A DNA stretch of 64,000 nucleotides from Myxococcales bacterium (GCA_037445065.1 JBBILD010000005.1:165124-229123), one strand, 5' to 3'. Positions 21,692-32,307 are shown, counted from the stretch's first letter. Notes: generated from the letters alone by a model not told the origin. Program-made: numbers and translations.

Positions 21692-21714
21692 TCCCGAAAT
21701 TTTCCCGAAATTTT
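21692..21714. promoter_or_regulatory. 11-bp tandem direct repeat, candidate winged-helix (OmpR/CadC/SARP-type) operator
   Basis: TCCCGAAATTT x2 (21692-21702, 21703-21713), AT-rich, in the divergent intergenic region. Confidence 0.55.
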
Positions 21715-21766
21715 GTGCCGGGCGGGTTCATTGGTTCATCCAGCGCGACATGGAAGAGACAGGTTT

Positions 21767-24587
21767 GTGATCAGCAGCCCTTACGAGATCCGTTTCGGGC
21801 CGTTCGTCATTGATCGGCTGCGGCAGCAGCTCTTGCACGGATGCGATCCGGTTCGACTGCGGCCCCAAAACGTGGGCCGTTCTCGTGCATTTGGCCAGCC
21901 GCCCGGGAGAATTGGTAACCACCGAAGAACTCCTCGACGCTGTCTGGCGAGACACGACGGTGACCGCGGAGCTCCCCGGCGTTTCCATTCGCGAACTGCG
22001 GCGCGCCCTGGGGGATGATCGGAAAAAACCGCGCTACATCGAGACCGTTCCCTGCCGCGGTTACCGTTTCATCGCTCCGTTACGGAGCGACCCGGTTCCT
22101 CCTGCGGCTGATTCCACACCCAGCGCTCGTCCCGCCGCGGTGCTCGTCCGCACTCCCTTTGTCGGGCGCGAGCATGAGCTCACGGAGCTCAATGCCGCCT
22201 TTGCCGCCGTTCGGAGCGGGAGCAGAAAGGTCGTATTCGTGGCAGGCGAAGCGAGCATCGGCAAAAGCAGCTTGCTCGAGACTTTTCTGTTGCGGCTGCG
22301 CGAGCGGCCATCTCGGCCGTTCCTGCTCGGTCGTGGCCAGTGCATTGCCCAGCAAAGCGAGGCGTATCTCGGCTTGCTCGATGCGGTGGCAGGGCTTTGC
22401 TGAGAGGACCCTTCCGGCACCGCCCTGCGCCGTCTCGAGCGGTTTGCCCCTCTTTGGCTTCCGGCCCTCCCCGAGTTCGGCGACCAGCCACGCACCCGCC
22501 CCGGCGCAACCGTGGCCGCCACACCCGAGCGGTTGGTGCGCTCCTTGAGTCAGGCCCTGGAGGCAATCTCATCCGAGATTCCAGTGGTCCTGGTTCTCGA
22601 AGGCCTCCATTGGGCGGACCAAGAAACCGTGCGGTTCCTGTAGGTGCTCGCAGAGCGCGTCGCGCCTGCCCGCCTCCTGACTCTTTGCACCTACCGGCCT
22701 TTGGAACTCGCCCTCCACTTGCACCCTCTGCGCGAGGTGAAGGGCTCCCTGCTCGCCCGGCAGCGGTGTCAAGAACTGCTGCTCGAAGGTCTGCCCGAGC
22801 CCGATGTGCGCGGGTTCGTGCTCCAGCGCTGGGGCAATCTCGATGAGGCCGAGATGCTCGCCGCGTGGCTCTCTCAGCGGACCGAGGGCTCGCCTCTCTT
22901 CCTGAACGCTCTTGCCGAGCAGCTCGAGCGGGCGCAGTTCCTGCGCCGCAAAGGGGAGGGCTGGCTGCTCCAACCCGGTTACTGTGATGTGGATGTCCCG
23001 ACTAGCGTGCGTGCCCTGATTGGGCAGACGTTCCGTGAGCTTCCACCGCTCGCGCAGGACCTGCTCGAAGCGGCGAGTGTCGCCGGGACGCGCTTTCCCG
23101 CAGCCAGCGTGGCCGAGGCGGCGGGGCGCGACGTGGAGCGAACAGACCGCGACTTGCTGGCCCTTGCCGACCAGGGGTTGTTCTTGCGCCGTTGTGGGGA
23201 GACTTGCTGGCCGGACGGAACCGCCTCGTCTCTGTACGAATTTCAGCATTCGCTGTACGGGGAGGTCATTTACCAGCGCCTCCCCGGAGCCGTCGCCACG
23301 CGGTTGCACGAGCGCGTCGGGCTGCGTTTGGAACAAGCGTTCGCGAGGCACACTGCGGACGTCTGCCATGACTTGGCGCGGCATTTCGCACGCACGCCAG
23401 ATCATCGGCGGGCGTATTTCTACCACTGGCAAGCGGCACAACTTACGCTGGAGTGTCAGGCGCTACCGGAGGCGTACCGCCATTTGCGCGCTGCCAGGCA
23501 ACACCTCGAGCACCTTCCGCCCGCTCGTGTTGCAGCCACCGACGCGTTGGCCATCGGCTCCGCTCTCGGAGCCGTATCGGTTGCCCTTCTGGGGTACGCG
23601 TCACCCGCGGTTTGCGACGCATACGCGTGGGCCCTGCGGTGGAGAAGAGGTAAACGCGATCCGGCTCGGTTGATCGCGTGGATCGGCCTGTGCACCGCGC
23701 ACATGACCCGCGGCGAGCTGCGGCAGGCGCGAACTGCGGCTCGCGCGATCGAACGCCTGCGCCAGGCTGGGCGCTTCCAGATGCCGCTTCACGCCGCCGC
23801 CATGAACCCCTTTGCCCAATTGTGCTTCTACACCGGCAACCATGGCCAGGCTCGGAAGAGCTTCGCCCAGGAGCTCGCGCTCTTCCGGCGCAAGGAGGCA
23901 CGCAACCAGAAGTCACGCTCCGGTGGGCTGCTCTGGATTGACCCGTTCGTGGCCTGTATCAATCTCTTCCAACTGTCACTGGCGCTAGGCGGGGAGGCCG
24001 AACATGCCCGCAGTTTGTCGGAAGAGTCCGTGGCGTATGCCCGCCGGCTCGGCCACCCTTTTACGCTGGCTTCAGCGCTCGTGCATGCCGCCTTTTTGCA
24101 CTTCCTGTTGGAGGAGTGGGGAGCAGAGCAACAGTTCGCACAGGAAGAGCGAGAGCTGGGTCGCGAGTCTGGCTTTCCCTTCTGGACCGCGAGTGCCGGA
24201 AACATCCTCGGGCACGCCACCGCCATGGCCGGAGAAGCGCAGCGCGGACTGCAACAAATCGAGTCCAACATGGGATCGTGGGAACGTTCCGGCACGCAGC
24301 TCGGCCGACCGCTCTGCCTCGCCATGTGGGCAGATGCGCACCTCCGCTCCGCCCAACCAGAGAAAGCTCTTTCCCTGGTGGAAACCGCGCTAAAACAGGC
24401 CGCGAATAGCGGCGAGCGCGTTCAGGAGCCTTACTTGTGCATGGTGGCGGGAAACGCCGCGCGCCAGTGCGGCGAGCAGCGAGCCGCCGCAGCCTGGCTG
24501 GCGCGCGCAGCGCGGATCGCAACCCGGCAAGGAGCGCCTTTGTGGGCGCTACGCGCGCACCGCTTAGCAGCGCAGCTCGCGGCTTAG
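21767..24587 (+). pseudogene. Disrupted winged-helix (OmpR/CadC-type) + AAA/STAND ATPase + TPR transcriptional regulator
   Basis: wHTH motifs (IRFGPFVID; LVTTEELLDAVW; IRELRRALGD; IETVPCRGYRF). +1 frameshift at CCCCAAAA 21863-70. In-frame TGA 22401-03 and TAG 22641-43. Degenerate Walker A (GEASIGKS) and Walker B (LEGLHWAD). Confidence 0.88.
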
Positions 24588-24738
24588 AGCTGAAGCTGGC
24601 GTCCAGGCCCGATGCTCTCTTGGGCCTAGCGGAAAGAAGAGCAAGAACCGGCGTCGTCTCGCTAAAGCCATCGGAGCCCAGCGGGAGGAGCCTTCTACTG
24701 GCACGCCGAGGCGGAACCAATTAGGGAGGAGCGGCTTC

Positions 24739-25482
24739 GTGTTCCCCATGAACGGGTCAGACGCCCTATTGCTCCTCCTCGCCGGAATGGCAGCCGGCGT
24801 AATCAACACCCTGGCTGGAGCCGGATCGCTTCTCACGGTGCCGGCGCTAGTCCTGCTCGGCATGCCGGGCACTCTGGCAAACGGTACGAACCGCGTCGGG
24901 GTCCTCGTGCACAACCTGGTCGCGAGCTGGCGGTTCCACGCCGAAGGGATTTTTGGCATCCGCGCCGCGGTGCCCCTGCTCCTCCCGGTCACTGCTGGAT
25001 CGCTGGTCGGCGCCTATGTGATTTCTCTCGTTCCGTCCCGCACCTTCGAGCAAGCGTTCGCGGTGCTCACGCTGGCGCTGGTCATTCCGCTGCTGCGCCC
25101 TCCACGCTTGCACGACAAGCCTTCCACCTGGCCGTCTTGGCTGACCGCTGTGGTCTTCTTTGGCGTCGGCTTGTTTGGCGGCGCGTTTCAAGCTGGGGTG
25201 GGGCTCCTGCTCATCGCTGCGCTGGCCCATGCCGGGCACGATTTGCTTCGCGCCAACAGCGTCAAGGTGGTGATCAACGCGGTGCTCACTGGCTCTGCCC
25301 TCGTTGTGTTTGCCCTGCGGGGACAGGTGCTGTGGCTACCCGGGTCGGTGTTGGCCGTCGGCTATGCGCTCGGCGCCGTGGCTGGGGTGCGCCTTGCGGT
25401 GGCCGGCGGCGAGGTGCTGGTGCGTGCGTTTATCGCTGCCAGCGCCGTGGGGCTCGCCACAAAGATGCTCGGATTGTGGTAA
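24739..25482 (+). CDS. TauE/SafE (TSUP) family membrane exporter
   Basis: AGVINTLAGAGSLLTVPAL, ANGTNRVG, GLFGGAFQAGVG; highly hydrophobic; GGAGGA RBS. Confidence 0.88.
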   Translation: MFPMNGSDALLLLLAGMAAGVINTLAGAGSLLTVPALVLLGMPGTLANGTNRVGVLVHNLVASWRFHAEGIFGIRAAVPLLLPVTAGSLVGAYVISLVPSRTFEQAFAVLTLALVIPLLRPPRLHDKPSTWPSWLTAVVFFGVGLFGGAFQAGVGLLLIAALAHAGHDLLRANSVKVVINAVLTGSALVVFALRGQVLWLPGSVLAVGYALGAVAGVRLAVAGGEVLVRAFIAASAVGLATKMLGLW

Positions 25483-25668
25483 GCAGAGCGCCGCGCAACG
25501 CCGACTCGCCCATCCAGCGCCGGCTTCAACACCTGCACGGGCACGCCGAGCTCGAGGACTAGGACCAAGTGCCCCAGGGTCCGGTTGCCCCGGCGCGATC
25601 GAGGTTCCGCGCGAGCGATCCGCCTTTTCTGACTCACCGCCTCTCTTCGGCCGCTCGGCCGCGGGAAC

Positions 25669-26154
25669 TCATTCCTCCCCGGTTTCGCGCCGCAGGAAGG
25701 ACTGCACGATCAGCAGCACGGCGCCGATCGTGATCAAAGAATCCGCCACGTTAAAGGCGGGCCAGTAATACTCTCCCCAATGCAGGCTGATAAAATCGGT
25801 CACTTCCCCGAACCAGACCCGATCGATCAGGTTACCAACGGCTCCACCGAGTACCCCGGCGACCGCGAACAAGCCGAGTCGCTCGTGCTCTGGGGTCACC
25901 CGCACCAAGTACACCAGAGCCGCGATGGCCACGATTCCGACGCCGATGAAGAAGGGCAGCCGCCAAGAATCATGGGCGCGAGCCAGAAAGCCAAATGCGC
26001 CGCCAGTGTTTTTCACGTGGGTCAGGTCGGCAAATCCGGGCAGGATTTCGATCTCGGCGTGCAACGGCAGCCATGCCCGTACGGCGAGTTTGGTGAGCTG
26101 GTCCAGTACGATCACCGCCACCGCCCACGCGGTAACGAACCCGTACTTGCTCAT
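25669..26154 (-). CDS. lspA: Lipoprotein signal peptidase II
   Basis: LDQLTK, NTGGAFG, GNLIDR, VTDFI, PAFNVAD; ATG 26154 overlaps the ileS stop (ATGA). Confidence 0.96.
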   Translation of the reverse strand: MSKYGFVTAWAVAVIVLDQLTKLAVRAWLPLHAEIEILPGFADLTHVKNTGGAFGFLARAHDSWRLPFFIGVGIVAIAALVYLVRVTPEHERLGLFAVAGVLGGAVGNLIDRVWFGEVTDFISLHWGEYYWPAFNVADSLITIGAVLLIVQSFLRRETGEE

Positions 26155-28973
26155 CTGCCCAACTCCCGCACCACCCCGACGCAGCGCGTGCACAGAGCGG
26201 GGTGATCTTGGGCGGTGCCAACGCTCTCGCTGTAGTTCCAGCAGCGCTGGCACTTCTGGCCGCGCGCCTTGTCCACCCGAATGCGAAGTTCCGGCAACTG
26301 CCCACTCGCCTGCGCTTCGCTGAGAGTAGGGTTCCACTCCACTTGGGAAACAATGAACAAGGCAGGCAACGCAGCCAAGTTCTCCTCCACCAAGGAAGCG
26401 AGCGGGCCTTGGGCGAACAGCTCGACGCGCGCATCGAGCGAGTGGCCGATGTGCCCTGCCTTGCGTACTTCTTCCAGCTCCTTTGTGACCGCCGAGCGCA
26501 CCTCGAAAAGTTTCTCCCAGCGCTGGAACAACTGGACATCCTGCGGCAGACCGGAACGGAACCCAGCGAGGAAAACGCTAGCCGGCCGTTCGGCCGCTGC
26601 CGGAAGGTAGGACCAAACCTCCTCCGCAGTGAACGACAGCACCGGAGCCATCACCCGCACCAGAACATCGAGAATGTCGTACAGCGCCGTCTGCGCAGCA
26701 CGCCGCTCCTGCGAGCGAGGGGCGGAGGTGTAGAGCCGGTCCTTGACGATGTCGAGATACAGCGCGCTCAGGTCCACGGCGCAAAAGTTGACGAGTTGCT
26801 GAACCACTAGGTGAAACTGGTACTGCTCAAAGGCCCGCAGCGCGCGCTCATTGAAATTGTGCGCACGGTGCAAAATCCAACGGTCCAGCGGCAAGAGCCG
26901 GTCCACCGGCACGCGGTCGGTAGCGGGGTGAAAGTCGTACAAGTTTCCCAGCAAGAAGCGGCAGGTGTTGCGGATCTTGCGGTACGACTCCAGCAGCGGT
27001 GGCAAGAGCTTACGGGAGAACGAAATGTCCGCGGTGTAATCTACGGAGGCGAACAACAGGCGCAGCACCTCGGCACCGTATTGCTGAATGATCTCCTCTG
27101 GGGAAATCACGTTGCCGAGCGACTTCGACATCTTTTTCGCCGCTTCGTCGAGAATCAGCCCGTGGGTCAGCACGGAGCGATAGGGAGCATGCCCCCGCGT
27201 CGCCACCGCGGTGAGCAACGAGACCTGGAACCAACCCCGGTGCTGGTCCACGGCTTCCACATAGAGGTCCGCAGGCCAGGTCAGATCCTGCCGCTGCTCC
27301 AGCACAGCAACATGCGAGCACCCGGCATCGAACCAAACGTCCAGAATATTCTGATCCTTCTCGAACTCGCGGCCGCCGCATGCGCAGCGCGCATCCGCTG
27401 GGAGTAAGTCGTGGACCTTGCGCTGATACCAGGCATCCGAGCCTTCGCGTGCAAAGATCTCTTCCACAAAGCGGATCACTGCCGGCTCGAATAAGAATTG
27501 GCCGCACTGGAGGCACCGAAACGCAGGGATGGGTACGCCCCAGGCACGCTGCCGAGACAGACACCAATCCGGCCGGTGCTGCACCATGTTGGCAATGCGG
27601 TCGCGGCCCCAGGCGGGAATCCAGCGCACGCGGTCAATCTCCGCGCCGGCACGCTCGCGCAGGCCGTCGTGGTCAACGCGCAAGAACCATTGCTCGGTGG
27701 CACGGAAAATGAGCGGCTGCTTGCAGCGCCAGCAGTGCGGGTAGGAATGCTCGACTCGTTGCACATGGAGAAGCGTTCCGGCGGAACGCAGTTTCTCCAC
27801 AATCGCCTCGTTGGCTGCGAAAACGTTGCGGCCAGCAAACTCACCCGCCTCGCCGGTGAAGGTGCCACTGCCATCTACCGGTGTGAGCACCGGCAAGCCG
27901 TATTTTTGGCCCACCGCGAAGTCTTCGTAGCCGTGGCCCGGAGCGGTGTGGACGCAACCGGTTCCCGTATCCGCGGTCACGTGCGCCTCGAAGACGAGTC
28001 GCGAGGGGCGCTCGAGGTACGGATGGCGGAAGACGTCCTGTCCGTCCAACCCGCGGAGATCCACCGGGAGGCGACGGCTCGCGGCGGGATTTTTCCCCAA
28101 CAGTGCAAGAAACGAGTCTGCGAGCCGTTCCGCCACGATGTAGTACGCACCGTCCGCCTCGACCGCGACGTACTCGAGGTGTGGGTTCAGACACACCGCC
28201 AAATTGGCAGGCAAGGTCCACGGCGTGGTGGTCCAAATCACCACGAACAGCTCCGCGGCATGGTTGGCAAGCTCGTCCCGATCCTCAGCTCGGCGCGCCA
28301 TCGCGGCCGCCTGCTCGCGGCTGCCGATAAACGGAAAGCGCACATAAATCGAAGGGGAAACGTGCTCTGCGTATTCGACCTCCGCCTCTGCCAGCGCAGT
28401 GGCGCAACTCGTGCACCAGTGCACCGGGCGCAAACCACGGTAAATAAATCCCCGCTCCACTAACTCGCGAAACACGCGCACGATCTGCGCCTCGTACGCG
28501 GGCGCCATCGTGAGGTATGGATTGGTCCAATCGCCCAGCACACCGAGGCGGCGAAACTCCTGCCGCTGGATCTCAACGAACTTTTCCGCATAGGCGCGGC
28601 AGTGGCGGCGGATCTCGAGCTGGGTCATTTGTGCTGCCTGGCTGCGCAACTCCTTGACCACTTGGTGCTCGATCGGCATCCCGTGGCAATCCCAGCCTGG
28701 CACGAAGGGCGTGCGAAAACCCGCCATCGCCCTGGACTTGATCACGATATCCTTGATGACTTTGTTCAGGGCGGTCCCCAAATGCACGTGGCCGTTGGCG
28801 TACGGGGGGCCATCATGCAGCACGAACAGCGGCGCCCCTGCGCGTTGCCGCTGCAACTGCCCGTACAAGTCCATTTCCTCCCAGCGCGCCAGCAGCGCCG
28901 GCTCGCGCTCCGGCAAGTTTGCCCGCATCGGAAAGTCGGTGCGCGGCAGGTTTAATGTGTTCTTGTAGTCCAT
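26151..28973 (-). CDS. ileS: Isoleucine--tRNA ligase (type 1)
   Basis: MDYKNTLNLP start, HDGPPYANG, HLGT (HIGH variant), WTTTPWT, GTGCVHTAPGHG, KMSKS, C-terminal Zn finger CQRC..CTRC. Confidence 0.98.
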   Translation of the reverse strand: MDYKNTLNLPRTDFPMRANLPEREPALLARWEEMDLYGQLQRQRAGAPLFVLHDGPPYANGHVHLGTALNKVIKDIVIKSRAMAGFRTPFVPGWDCHGMPIEHQVVKELRSQAAQMTQLEIRRHCRAYAEKFVEIQRQEFRRLGVLGDWTNPYLTMAPAYEAQIVRVFRELVERGFIYRGLRPVHWCTSCATALAEAEVEYAEHVSPSIYVRFPFIGSREQAAAMARRAEDRDELANHAAELFVVIWTTTPWTLPANLAVCLNPHLEYVAVEADGAYYIVAERLADSFLALLGKNPAASRRLPVDLRGLDGQDVFRHPYLERPSRLVFEAHVTADTGTGCVHTAPGHGYEDFAVGQKYGLPVLTPVDGSGTFTGEAGEFAGRNVFAANEAIVEKLRSAGTLLHVQRVEHSYPHCWRCKQPLIFRATEQWFLRVDHDGLRERAGAEIDRVRWIPAWGRDRIANMVQHRPDWCLSRQRAWGVPIPAFRCLQCGQFLFEPAVIRFVEEIFAREGSDAWYQRKVHDLLPADARCACGGREFEKDQNILDVWFDAGCSHVAVLEQRQDLTWPADLYVEAVDQHRGWFQVSLLTAVATRGHAPYRSVLTHGLILDEAAKKMSKSLGNVISPEEIIQQYGAEVLRLLFASVDYTADISFSRKLLPPLLESYRKIRNTCRFLLGNLYDFHPATDRVPVDRLLPLDRWILHRAHNFNERALRAFEQYQFHLVVQQLVNFCAVDLSALYLDIVKDRLYTSAPRSQERRAAQTALYDILDVLVRVMAPVLSFTAEEVWSYLPAAAERPASVFLAGFRSGLPQDVQLFQRWEKLFEVRSAVTKELEEVRKAGHIGHSLDARVELFAQGPLASLVEENLAALPALFIVSQVEWNPTLSEAQASGQLPELRIRVDKARGQKCQRCWNYSESVGTAQDHPALCTRCVGVVRELGR

Positions 28974-29104
28974 GCTTCCGATCTCGCCGGCAAAAACGCG
29001 GCCGCCGCGTTGTAGCAGGGGCAGCGCAGAAATTTCAAACAATTCGACCGGTACCCGCCGCACCTTGCTTGTGTGAAGCCGAGCCACCTTGGTACTAGGC
29101 CCGC

Positions 29105-30169
29105 GTGCCGACCGAGGAAACTCTTGCCGCCGCAGTCCGCAACGCCTTCGGAAGTGCGAGCGAAATCGAACAGATCGTTGACCTGGCGGGCGACGCCTCG
29201 ACCCGCCGCTACCAGCGGTTGTTCTTGCGCGGTCCCCACGCCCCGGCCACGGTGGTTGTCATGCTGCTCGCCGACCGCGGGATCGCGCTTTCCTCGGATG
29301 AACTCGCCGTCTTTCCCGAGCCACCGCGCGAACTGCCTTTCGTGAATGTGCATCGCTTTCTGACCCGCATCGGCATTGACGTGCCTGAAATTTACCTCGA
29401 CCTCACAGAACAGGGCCTCTTGCTGCTCGAAGACGTGGGCGACCGCGCCTTGTGGGACGCGGTGGCCGAGGCGCCGCGAGAGCGGGTCCGGGAGTTGTAC
29501 CGCCACGCCGTCCGCCAACTCGTTCGCCTGCAGCTCGAGGGCACCCGCCAAGCAGATCCTGCCTGCATGGCATTCCAACAACGGTTCGACCGCCGGCTCT
29601 ACCTTTGGGAGTTCGAACATTTTCTGGAATACGGCGTCGAGCAGCGGCTCGGGCGACCGTTGCCCCAGCGTGAACGGGAGCTGCTGCTCACACACTTCAC
29701 GGCGATTGCCGAACGTCTCGACGCGGAACCCAAGTTCCTAGCCCATCGCGACTACCACAGTTGGAACCTGTTCGTACAAGAGCCGGCACGGATCCGCGTG
29801 CTCGATTTCCAGGACGCCCTGCTCGCCACTCCTGCCTACGATCTCGCCACCCTCCTCGGCGACCGTGACACGCCCAGCAAGATTTCGCCCGATCTCGAAG
29901 AGCTGCTGCTGGACGATTTTCTCGCCGCTTGGCGATCCTCTGGCGGGCCGCCGCTCGACCCTGCCCGCTTCCGGCAAACCTACTTCCTGTGCGCGCTGCA
30001 AAAGGCACTCAAGGTGGTTGGCCGCTTTTACTTTCTCGCCTTCAAGAAAAACAAACCGCAGTACCTCCGCTACATTCCTGCCACCTGCCGCCAAGTGCGC
30101 CGCCTTTTGCCGTTGTTTCCAGAGCAAGCCGAGATGGCAGCGCTCTTGCGGAAGGTGCTGCCGGAGTGA
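29105..30169 (+). CDS. amgK: AmgK-like N-acetylmuramate/N-acetylglucosamine kinase (APH phosphotransferase family)
   Basis: LAGDASTRRYQR, LLLEDVGD, HRDYHSWNL, LDFQDA, YDLATLL; adjacent to a MurU-like gene. Confidence 0.82.
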   Translation: MPTEETLAAAVRNAFGSASEIEQIVDLAGDASTRRYQRLFLRGPHAPATVVVMLLADRGIALSSDELAVFPEPPRELPFVNVHRFLTRIGIDVPEIYLDLTEQGLLLLEDVGDRALWDAVAEAPRERVRELYRHAVRQLVRLQLEGTRQADPACMAFQQRFDRRLYLWEFEHFLEYGVEQRLGRPLPQRERELLLTHFTAIAERLDAEPKFLAHRDYHSWNLFVQEPARIRVLDFQDALLATPAYDLATLLGDRDTPSKISPDLEELLLDDFLAAWRSSGGPPLDPARFRQTYFLCALQKALKVVGRFYFLAFKKNKPQYLRYIPATCRQVRRLLPLFPEQAEMAALLRKVLPE

Positions 30170-30173
30170 ACCC

Positions 30174-30908
30174 GTGCGAGCGATGATTCTCGCGGCAGGC
30201 AAAGGAACGCGGCTCCGCCCCTGGACGGAGCATACCCCCAAGCCCCTTCTGGAGGTGGCCGGGCAACCCATGATCGTGCATGTGCTGGACATTCTCCGCC
30301 GCTCGGGGATCCGCGAGGCAGTGATCAATCTCCACCACCTCGGAGACCAGATTCGTAACCGCCTCGGCGACGGAAGCGCATTTGGAATGCGCCTCGAGTA
30401 TTCGGTCGAGCCCGAGTTGCTGGATACCGGAGGTGGCGTGGCGCGCGCGAGACGTTTTCTAGCCCGAGGGCCGTTCGCGGTGATCAACGCCGACGTGTAC
30501 TTCGAGGGGGATTTGTACGCCCTCGCGGCCCTGCACGAGGAGCGCCGCTCGCTGGTCACTCTGCTCGTGCGGCCGGATCCGGCAGGTGCACGCCGCGATG
30601 ACGTGCGGGTGGACGCCGCGGGCCGGGTGTGGAGCCTGCTCGGGCTGGGGCCGCATCCGGAACGTTGGCAACACTTGCCGCGCTACTTTTACGCCAGTGC
30701 CATGGTTTGCTCCCCTCGCCTGTTCGATTTTCTGCCCGAGGGGGTCTACAGCCTCACGCGCGACGTTCTGCCCCGCCTGTTGCGGGCTCGGGAGCCGGTG
30801 TATGCGCTCGAGCACCACGGGTATTGGCGGGTGCTCGATACCCCAGAAGACTTGGAAGAAGGCCGGCGCGAGATCCGCGCCAGAAAGGAGGCAGAAGGCA
30901 CCGCTTGA
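30174..30908 (+). CDS. murU: MurU-like sugar-phosphate nucleotidyltransferase
   Basis: AMILAAGKGTRLRPWT..TPKPLL, INLHHLG, LDTGGG, INADV. Confidence 0.8.
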   Translation: MRAMILAAGKGTRLRPWTEHTPKPLLEVAGQPMIVHVLDILRRSGIREAVINLHHLGDQIRNRLGDGSAFGMRLEYSVEPELLDTGGGVARARRFLARGPFAVINADVYFEGDLYALAALHEERRSLVTLLVRPDPAGARRDDVRVDAAGRVWSLLGLGPHPERWQHLPRYFYASAMVCSPRLFDFLPEGVYSLTRDVLPRLLRAREPVYALEHHGYWRVLDTPEDLEEGRREIRARKEAEGTA

Positions 30909-30963
30909 CAAGGCGCGTCATTCGGCGAAATTTTTGTCGCAAGCGGCTGCTTTCCGCACACGT

Positions 30964-32307
30964 ATGGGAATCACCATTGTCCAGAAAAGCGATCTCGGGC
31001 AGCGGAAACACAAGGCAAAAGTCGCGCTAGTCCTCGCCGGCGGCGCGGTCACAGGGGGAGGTTTCAAACTCGGCGGCCTGAAGGCGCTCGATGACTTCCT
31101 GGTGAACCGCAAAACGACCGACTTCGATACCTACGTTGGGCTCAGCGCGGGGGCGGTGCTTGCCGCACCGCTAGCCGCGGGCGTAAGCCCGGCGGAAATG
31201 ATGCGCAGCCTCACCGGCGAATCCGAGCACTTCAGCCCCCTCGAAGCGCTCGACTTTTATTATCCGAACATCCGCGAATTTCTGAGCCGGCCCGCGCAGT
31301 TCGCACTCGATCTGTTGCTGTACGTTCCGGGCCTGCTGGCCGATGTGCTCCGTTCGTTGCCGAAAGTACGGGCCCAATACGAGGACGCGTGGCAGCGCGT
31401 GTGGCGCGAGCCCTCCATGCAGAACTTAGAGCTCCTTCTGACCCCGCTCAGCTCTCTTCTTGCCCGCCAGCGCTCCTTGCCCTCGGTGCTCGACTACCTG
31501 CCCTCCGGCCTCTTCGACAACAGCCGCATCGAGCGCTACCTGCGGGAAAACTTCGAACGGGCCGGAGTGCCGAACAACTTCCCGGGCCTTTATCGCCTCA
31601 CACGGCGCGAGCTGTACATCAGCGCCATGAACCTGGACACGGCCGAGCGCGTGGTTTTTGGGCACGACGAAGACTCCTCCGTGACGATTTCCGAGGCGGT
31701 GCAAGCGTCCACCGCCTTGCCTGGCTTTTACAAGCCAGCCCGGATCCGCGGCGTGGACTACGTGGACGGCGGGGTGCGGCGCACCGCGAACATCGATGTT
31801 GCCATCGAGCACGGCGCCCAGCTCGTGATCTGTTACAACCCGTTTCGCCCCTTTCACAACCGCGTGCGACGAATCCGGGAAAATGGCTCGTACCGCATCG
31901 AAGGAACGCCGCTGGCCGACTTGGGTTTGCTCACGGTGATCAACCAGGTGTTCCGCACCCTACTGCATTCCCGCCTGCAGTACGGGCTGCGCCAGTACCA
32001 GGACGATCCGAACTTCCGCGGCGACATCGTGGTCATCGAACCCAAGGAAAGCGACCTGCACTTCTTCGAACTCAGCGCCTTGGCGTTCTGGCATCGGGTG
32101 GCAGCGGCGAATCATGGCTACCTCTCGGTGAGCGAATCCATCGAGCAAAACTACGACCTCATCAAACAGATTCTTGCCAGTTACGGGATCTCGATGACGC
32201 GCAAACAAGTACGCGCTGGGGTAGAGCGGATCCGCGAGGAAGGCGAGGAAACCGCCTCCGACGTGCTCACCGAGGAATCGCCGCGGCGCAACTTACGGGT
32301 CGCCTGA
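30964..32307 (+). CDS. Patatin-like phospholipase
   Basis: LVLAGGAVTG oxyanion loop, GLSAG nucleophile elbow, ASTALPG, YVDGG. Confidence 0.9.
   Translation: MGITIVQKSDLGQRKHKAKVALVLAGGAVTGGGFKLGGLKALDDFLVNRKTTDFDTYVGLSAGAVLAAPLAAGVSPAEMMRSLTGESEHFSPLEALDFYYPNIREFLSRPAQFALDLLLYVPGLLADVLRSLPKVRAQYEDAWQRVWREPSMQNLELLLTPLSSLLARQRSLPSVLDYLPSGLFDNSRIERYLRENFERAGVPNNFPGLYRLTRRELYISAMNLDTAERVVFGHDEDSSVTISEAVQASTALPGFYKPARIRGVDYVDGGVRRTANIDVAIEHGAQLVICYNPFRPFHNRVRRIRENGSYRIEGTPLADLGLLTVINQVFRTLLHSRLQYGLRQYQDDPNFRGDIVVIEPKESDLHFFELSALAFWHRVAAANHGYLSVSESIEQNYDLIKQILASYGISMTRKQVRAGVERIREEGEETASDVLTEESPRRNLRVA

Noticed and set aside
17881..24587. Stop-codon recoding (TGA as Trp/Sec, TAG as Pyl) or programmed frameshifting to explain the in-frame stops
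   Set aside because: TGA and TAG end many ordinary genes in this window. The lesions are of mixed types, accompany Walker-motif decay and sit in short homopolymers only, so pseudogenisation is simpler.
25362..25637. 91-aa minus-strand ORF downstream of lspA
   Set aside because: Has a possible RBS but overlaps the convergent tauE-like gene by about 120 bp and shows no recognisable features.
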